Assembly (NCBI GenBank): GCA_050230475.1
Contig: JBFLGF010000001.1
Location: 248,001 to 288,390, forward strand
Direction of reading: 5' to 3'
DNA from: Ancylonema sp.
Lineage: Eukaryota
DNA length: 40,390 nt
The notes below the pieces were generated by a model that worked only from the letters and a program-made list of their open reading frames with translations, ran no database searches and was not told where the DNA came from. Made by a program: the position numbers and the translations under genes. Positions 33,365 to 40,390 of the stretch are shown here, piece by piece; position 1 is the stretch's first letter; every line of letters starts with the position of its first letter.

Positions 33365-34019
33365 CCGTACTGGCCACACATATGTTAGGGGGGTGTTAGT
33401 TTTTAGGGGCTGTGAACTTTTGTCGGTGTATCGATTTTAGCAATACCGGGAATTTAGCTTTAGTTTTGTCGTTATTCAGGCAGGCTGCAGGCCGGCTGCA
33501 GGCCAATGTCCTTGTTTCAATGATTACTTGGCCATCTGGCACAAGTGTCGATAAGAACTAGTTGATGTGGCAGAAGGCAGTTGACGAAGCAGTTTCTATA
33601 CCGATAGATTCTTTGACCAGGCAACAATCGACTGTACTAGGTCTGAGCTTGTATGCTGAATTCTGTAATCAGACTTTTCTACTTCAAACTTGCGCTTTTG
33701 TTTGTCAACGTTTGTAATGACGTGATCTGTCGATTCAAGAGTTGTCTGAGAGAATTGTGCTTTATTCTTCATCGATGGCAGAAGAAAGCACTCACAACAT
33801 AATGACCCTCAAATAATTATGAAAAGGGTGGGTCGGGTCAAATTAAATAATTCACATTTTCAAAAAAGTGGGTCATTCTATAATGTGGGTAACCACATAA
33901 TAAATATTTTTCAGGATTTTGGAAAATTTTACACTGGGCGCGCGGGTTGGGTCAAATGGTGGTTTCTACCTAAATTAATTCGTTTAAAAAACCCGGGTCA
34001 TAATATATGGCCACTATAC
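33365..34019. mobile_element. Second MITE copy in opposite orientation, interrupted by a solo LTR
   Basis: 33365-33382 plus 33802-34016 is the diverged reverse complement of 32761-32995. Confidence 0.78.
33383..33796 (+). repeat. Copia-A-family solo LTR with an 11-nt 5' extension
   Basis: Perfect ACATA TSD (33378-33382 and 33797-33801). The LTR proper starts at 33394. Confidence 0.9.
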
Positions 34020-35259
34020 TCTAGATCTACAGGCAATTTTTTTTATACCGTCCGCCACTTAATATTACAGGTAAAACGGTACCTGTTTTAATTAAACATG
34101 TCGGGACCGGAAAATAATATTATTTAAGACAGGTCATTACCTAAGACAAGGAGCGGACCAATTTCTATGTGAATACGTGAGGCAATAAGTTAATATCCAG
34201 GTTGGAATCAACTTAAACGTGTATTTTCACATAGCCATAATCATAAGCAAGATGATGTAAACACAGTTTTAAACATGAGCCACCCCTCCATTATTGTACC
34301 CCGCACTACTTTAGGGAACAATTGTTCACTTTTTAATCCCTACAAATATTTTGTACGGATACGTACGAATCCCGCACATTATTTATTAGCATGTCAGTGG
34401 GACCGGGTAAAATTATTTGTTATCACGTTTGAGAGGTTTGATAACAGTTACAATCGCCCAAGGTCGGGATTGGAAACAAATGTAATATCAAATATCAAAT
34501 AAAACAAGTCATTAAAAAAGACAGTTTTGCTATAGACAGGTTTTCCGGTACCATGGTAGTGTCGGATGAGTGTGGGTTCTAACACCTTGGAAAAAAACAT
34601 GTTTCTTCACAATTCGCCTATTTTCAAATCGCCCAGATTTTCAGTATGCTAACATACGGCGTATTGTGACCCCAACGTATTGAAAAAGTATTGCGTAGTG
34701 TGCAACCCTAAGGGCAACTATAAGGGCAACTGTATCAAGGTAGACTATCTAATTTTTGGATGCAGGGAAACCCATGCTCCAAACGGGAATACCAAACGAG
34801 AATACCACAGTATACTCCACCAATGTTCAATGACAACAAACAATTCCAATACTGAAGCAACTTTTGGTTCTCCATCCAACTCCCATCGACTTTGAAGCCT
34901 TTAATATGTTTTGATAATTTGACAATCTTGTGTGAATACGTGAAGCCCGACTATTGCCTTTTTTTTGACTTTGGCTTTTCTTGTAAAACATGATCATGCT
35001 CCGAAACACCTGCAAGATCAACTCGCAAGACATACAATCAGAATGTCGCTAAAATAGGAACTTATCCTTCAACATGAGTTCTTGCATCACCTAAACCTCC
35101 TTGTAGATACAAAGTGACCAGACGAAAGAATTCAAATGATAGGCATACATCTGGGAGTCATGTCCGGACATACTAGTCGACAACATAATGCATACATAAC
35201 TTCAACTAGTGAATGCGTCTAAAAAACCCACCCTGTGCTGAAAACCCACCCATGTTTCT

Positions 35260-38200
35260 CTACAATTCCGAGCACGTCCAACACTCGCGACCCGTGTCGA
35301 TAAAAGAAATCAGATTCTGTCTCCATAACACCTCCCCCTCACCTGTGGCATCTGCTGGAATCATCCCCAGAAACACCACAGGCAGGAGGGTGCAGACAGC
35401 TTGGATCCCAATGCCCGTGCTCAGGCCTGCAAAGGAATGAGCCGTGACGCCTAGGGAGGATGCGAGAGTGGCACCCAAGTAGCCACTGATCGTCAATCCG
35501 AGGTTGTAGGAGGACATGAACACTGCGAAGAGAGTCCCCTCAATGCCAGGGGGGCCGAGGCGGGCGGAGAGAATGAGGAAAGGCATAAACCTGCGGCAGG
35601 GAAGTCGAGGGTTACAGATCCGGTAACAGACAGGGGGTTTCAGAGAGGGGGTTACAGAGAGGGCCGTGACAATGACAAGCAAACAGTCTGTCTTTCACTA
35701 GCCCAAGGTTGCTTTTACATCCCGTTCTGAGGACAGAAGTCAAACAGGGGACAGGATTGTGAAGAGAAGTATCCTTCTTCCAGAGCAATTTAAGTGACAG
35801 ACTCAAATACTCTTAACAACATGATGGCTTGGTAGATTTAATAAGTCACCCAGAATCTACCAAAATCACCACACCAAAACCAGTCCATCTCAGTTATGAA
35901 CGATCCACCAATCAAGCCTCTGCTTCAGAAACGGAAGGCTTCCCAAACCCACTCACCTGAACTGATTCACTGCATCAACAAGCACAGCCGACAGCAGAAC
36001 GAAAAATGTGTCGGGCAGTCCGATGAGGAGGTTGAGTCGAGAGACGAGGAGCGCATCCCCCAGAGTCACCAGGCCCATTACGAGGTGGACGCCACTGGCA
36101 GGACAAAACAACAACTTGGAAGTCAGATTCTTTATATGATAAACATACCACCGCATGAGCAGACGGTCTGCATCGGACCACCTAGCTAGCTGACCACGAG
36201 TGGACGGATTCTTATGACTCTGTTCATTTTTGTTATGACGTCCCAAAGACTGTCAGCAGCTGCTGGAGTAGCTCATCTTATCTTATCAGTAGATATTATG
36301 AAAAAGGACGGATTCGGCAACAGGGTGACAGCCCTTGACTGAAGGTCGCTTGCAGCCTATGGCAAGTGTGAGACTGCGTACAGAAAGATCCGTCGCAGAG
36401 GCACGTGTTTCAAGTAGGCGCTGTACAGCAGCGTTCCAGCCATAAGCCCCCCCCACCCAGCCACCTGGGATGTCCCCAGAAAGGCAGGGTCCAGCAACAG
36501 AGCATTGGTGTGGAAGTAGAACATGATTGTCTTCAGGCTGGGAACAGCAGCACAGGAGAGCACAAACCAAAGAAGCGGTCTGCAGGAAGGACAAGAAGAG
36601 ACGAAAGGTTTCAGTTTACAGAGACAGGGAGAGGGCATCCCGAATCGTATGGTTGCGGCTGACAGCGGAATCCGACTGGTCATGTTTTCGAGTCGGAAAA
36701 GCAGGAGACATGACTGCAGTGGAGAACTTGAGGTTTGCTATGTACTTTCTGACAAGAAGTACTTTCTGACAAGAAGTACAGGAGTCGGCTACAGAATAAC
36801 CTAAAGAGAAAAGCCCCCCGGGACCTTTGATATTTGCTTCATATATCGAATGTAACTTGCTTCATATATCGAAATGTATCATTTATGATTCAAATGGTGG
36901 ATACGCAGAAAAGGCTCAAGAGTAATATAAATCGCAGAAAAGTCCGAGAAGTAGTTCTCAAGAACAGGGGCAAAACACCGCGTTCCAGGAAGACGCTATC
37001 TCATCTTTGTTGAATCTTTACCTCACTATTGCTGGACGTCGCACTGCCTCCCACAGCGCATGGCATATGTGTTTAAACTCCTTCACTATGGAATGTGGTT
37101 GTTCCTCGGCTGTCTTCGTCCCATTTGTCTCGTTCTCTCTATCACCATTTGCAAGGCTCCATTTTTTTTTCTTCTGTGCACCTTTTCTTCGCCCACTCCC
37201 ACCCCACCCCAGCCAACCTTGTCCATTTGTCACGGAGCCGCCATTTGTGGCTCCATTATCACTCTGCTTCCCCTCGTTCGGCTGTACCTCTCTCCGTGTA
37301 CTTCTGCTGCCTCCACCCCGTATATCAACCTCCTCCCCATCCAGGTCTCCGGCATCATCCAGAGACGTGAATCTGCTGCCAAAAGAGTGCCGCCCAGGCT
37401 CTGTCACTTCTTCATTTTTGTTGACCAACGCTGTGGTCGACAACGTCTTAGAATAGCCATTCATTTTCCAGCCCTCTTCTGTCTCCACGGTCAGGTTTGT
37501 TTCTGAATCCATCACTGAAACTTGCTCCAGGGCCCTCTCGCCATGCCACCCATTCCCTACACCGACTTGGCCTTCCCCTCCCTTCCCCCTCCTCCCTTTT
37601 CGTTTCTTGATCGTATCCTCCTCCTGACTCAGAGATCTCCCTGCCATGGCCAGTGAGGCTACGCCACCTGTCTCGCCTTCGTCTGTGATGATCCCTTTTT
37701 CGGCTGTTTCAACCTCCATCTTTGTTGACGGGGGTTTGACAGATGGCCCCGCAAGAAGCTTCTTCTCATTAAGAAGAAAGCAGGTAAAGAACTGGAGAAC
37801 AGGGAAGATTGTAAACACAGCGAACATGCCGCTTGGTCTAAGAGCTTTCAGGCCAGGTCCACCTGTCAGTGAACCAGACACACCTCCGAACGCCATTGCT
37901 AACCATGAGAGAGTCTGGAGATCCCCGGCAAACTCCTCTCTGCAAACACAAAGCAGATGAACAAAGACTCTCAATCACAGAAGAGCCATGACTTCAAACC
38001 AGTTTCCTCGATCGGTCTTCACAACAACACACCATTCTGTGCATACAGTCCATTTCAACTACGAAGAACAAGCAGCCAACAAGAAGTCATGGTCTTATAC
38101 TAGTACAAATCAGGCCAGTCTGATCTTGTCATCAATACCGCTGAAAATCACTTCAAGAGACATATCCAGACCAACAAACCAACAATCGACATTGCACTGG

Positions 38201-39994
38201 CAACACACACTACTGTCATCCGGCTACTGTCATCCTTGACAGTAGTAAAAGCAGCAGGCTGGTACAGGCAGCACACCAGAATATTCCTGTATGTTAGTGC
38301 TGTATATTCTGATTCTTCTTGTCAATTGTTGGCCTCCCAATGAATGTCTACAGCTGCTGCTGATGAGATGGAATCGGAGTAAAAGTATGTTATCTACAAA
38401 CGAACCAAAAATTACCTCTCTCTCTTTGCAGTTTCTGCCACCATGGCATCGACGACGACATCCGCCATGGCTGATCCAACGTTCTGACATATTAGCAGTG
38501 TTGTGAACAGAGTAGTTGACTGAAGCACTGCAGGAGATAGGGCCAGAGTCGCCCACGCAACAATGGATAGCACAGATGCCAGAAGCAGGTACGGAATGCG
38601 GCGGTTGCCATAGATGTAAACGCAATCGGAAAAGACTCTGCAATGGTGAAACGTTATGAAACCGTTACTACATCTGTTCAGTTACATGTTCCAATCACAT
38701 GCTGATTTTCTTACACGGACCATTCTTGATGTGGTTGCATCTCTAATCTTGGTTTGTAAAAGATTGAGGTGATGATTGTGAAAACCATATTCAACACACC
38801 ATCATGTCCCAACATAGTTACAAAATGTTGGTGGCATCTTGTCTAGTCTTCGAGAACTCCTAACGCACTGAGCTGACAAATATACAGGGGTGCCTTCAGA
38901 TTTTCAGTCAATCAATACATCCTCAGCCAGATCATCTGCGCAATTTCAAATTCAACTAGAGCACTTCCATGAATCTTTGCAGCAACTTGTTTACCCCTCT
39001 GCACTCTGCAAATCATGCGGGGGAACACAATCTTCAGTTCTGATATTGCTTACCCGTATACAGGTTTGATCGACCAAGGAATAAATGCCGTTGAGGTTAG
39101 AAGCTGAGATGCGGAAGGACTCAGTTTCAGCTCATCTTTCATAAGATAGGAGATGCCCGTCCATGGGAAACCGCGAAATCCCTGTGCCCAGCCGCAGTGA
39201 CATTTTTTCATTGAAGCTCTCACATGTAAGACACATGCACGTTAGTCCTACTCTCCAGCCATGAATGATTTCCGACATGAAGAGAAGCTGCAAAAAAATA
39301 TTGACATATTTTCTGTCTGACTGATTACTGCGGAATCATGATGAATTTAGATGCTGACACAGGTCATGTTCTGAGCTAAAACAGTAATTTTTCTCATGTT
39401 TCTTGTGATGGTGTTAGTGTTTCGGACACGTGTCTTTCAGCAGTAAGACGTACTTCAACAGTAACCAGGTGGATGACGTTTGCACATGTCTGACGTTTGA
39501 TTCGTACATGTATGACGCGATTTCACGGTGACTGACGTCAGGCTTCGATATGAGTTGTATGACTAGAAACGATGCATGGATCCTAACGAATTGAGATATG
39601 TCATCATCTCATTATCAGAAGGTCGAAGGTGTTCTTTAATAAACTAGTTACATAACCAATTCAGTGTGTGAAATTCGCTTCAGCACAAGTCCGTACACAT
39701 CCTCCAGACCGCGTGCCAATTGAATACTCCTAGAACGTCAGAAACGTGATTATTTACAGCGCGTGGCCGAGATCGCGAATTCCGAATTCAAGCATACACA
39801 CCCTCCTCATGTAGGATCCCAGAGGTAGGACGAAGTCATGTAACTAGTCAATTTTGCGCTGTTAGATACTCCCAGACACAAAATTTGCCGCGAGAAAACT
39901 CGCAACTGACCTGCGTCCAATATACTGAGACTACGAGTAGGAGGAATGGCACGCCAAAGGTTTGCTTAAGCTGACGTAGCCAAGCAATGACCAT
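35260..39994 (-). CDS. Folate-biopterin transporter (BT1/FBT family, MFS), FBT4/At5g54860-like; exons 39994-39911, 39181-39054, 38637-38416, 37939-37022, 36579-36382, 36094-35957, 35590-35260 (672 aa)
   Basis: WLRQLKQTFG...YWTQGFR...MKDELKLSPSASQ...PWSIKPVYG...SDC...RRIPYL...SAMADVVVDAMVAE...AGDLQTLSW...FMPFLILSARLGPPGIEGTLFA. All six introns are GT-AG and phase-consistent (2019 nt). Confidence 0.93.
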
Positions 39995-40390
39995 TCTTTC
40001 GTCTGATGGATAGCGGGACGCACAATGGACCACGCATGAAAGCAGTCGCAGAGAGCAGATAACCGTGTGGTGAGAACTGAAATCGGCTGATTTGCTCTTA
40101 ACAATAACAATGAGTACCAGGAATTCAGACGCCCTAAAGTGGAAGCCCTGAACAGCTGGTTAGACACATGAATCTTGCTAGGCCTGAAGTCTCTCTACCG
40201 GCAGAGGCTAAGCCGCTTTGAGATCATCTGAGCGCAAATACAACGCCTTGTAGTTCAGCTCGCAGACAACTTCGATCCCCGAGTGGGGGTGTAGAGCAAC
40301 GAAGGAATCATGAGGGTTATGCCGGTGGCCGGAAAGACGAGGGCGGAGTCAACGGCGGACGTACACAAGACACGTACACGTCAACCACCG

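Overview
Eukaryotic, green-plant-lineage genomic DNA; a streptophyte alga or non-seed plant is an inference. Bases 1-25.5 kb are a deeply nested LTR-retrotransposon cluster. A Ty1/copia element (Copia-A, 145-25547) is split in its RT by a TG...CA element of about 1.3 kb net (S). S carries five 23-bp hairpin repeats and was hit within about 230 bp by three elements: a second copia (Copia-B, 3172-9835), a full Ty3/gypsy chromovirus (G1, 9854-15403) and a chimeric chromovirus (G2, 15626-23320). Most of G2's interior is replaced by a fold-back pair of a tiny non-coding, apparently self-priming mini-retrotransposon (TRIM-like, about 470 bp inferred). A third chromovirus (G3, minus strand, 16356-22030) inserted into that pair. 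G1, G3 and the mini-element show Tf1-type self-priming sites, and G1 and G3 show a -1 frameshift signal. The right part holds a 3-exon PPR-like gene (At4g21190/At4g18975 family), an orphan EXO1-like first exon, an inverted, internally deleted Copia-A-family copy, two pogo/Tc2-like MITEs (one hit by a solo LTR) and an intact 7-exon folate-biopterin transporter gene. All boundaries were read by eye; no alignments or database searches were run.
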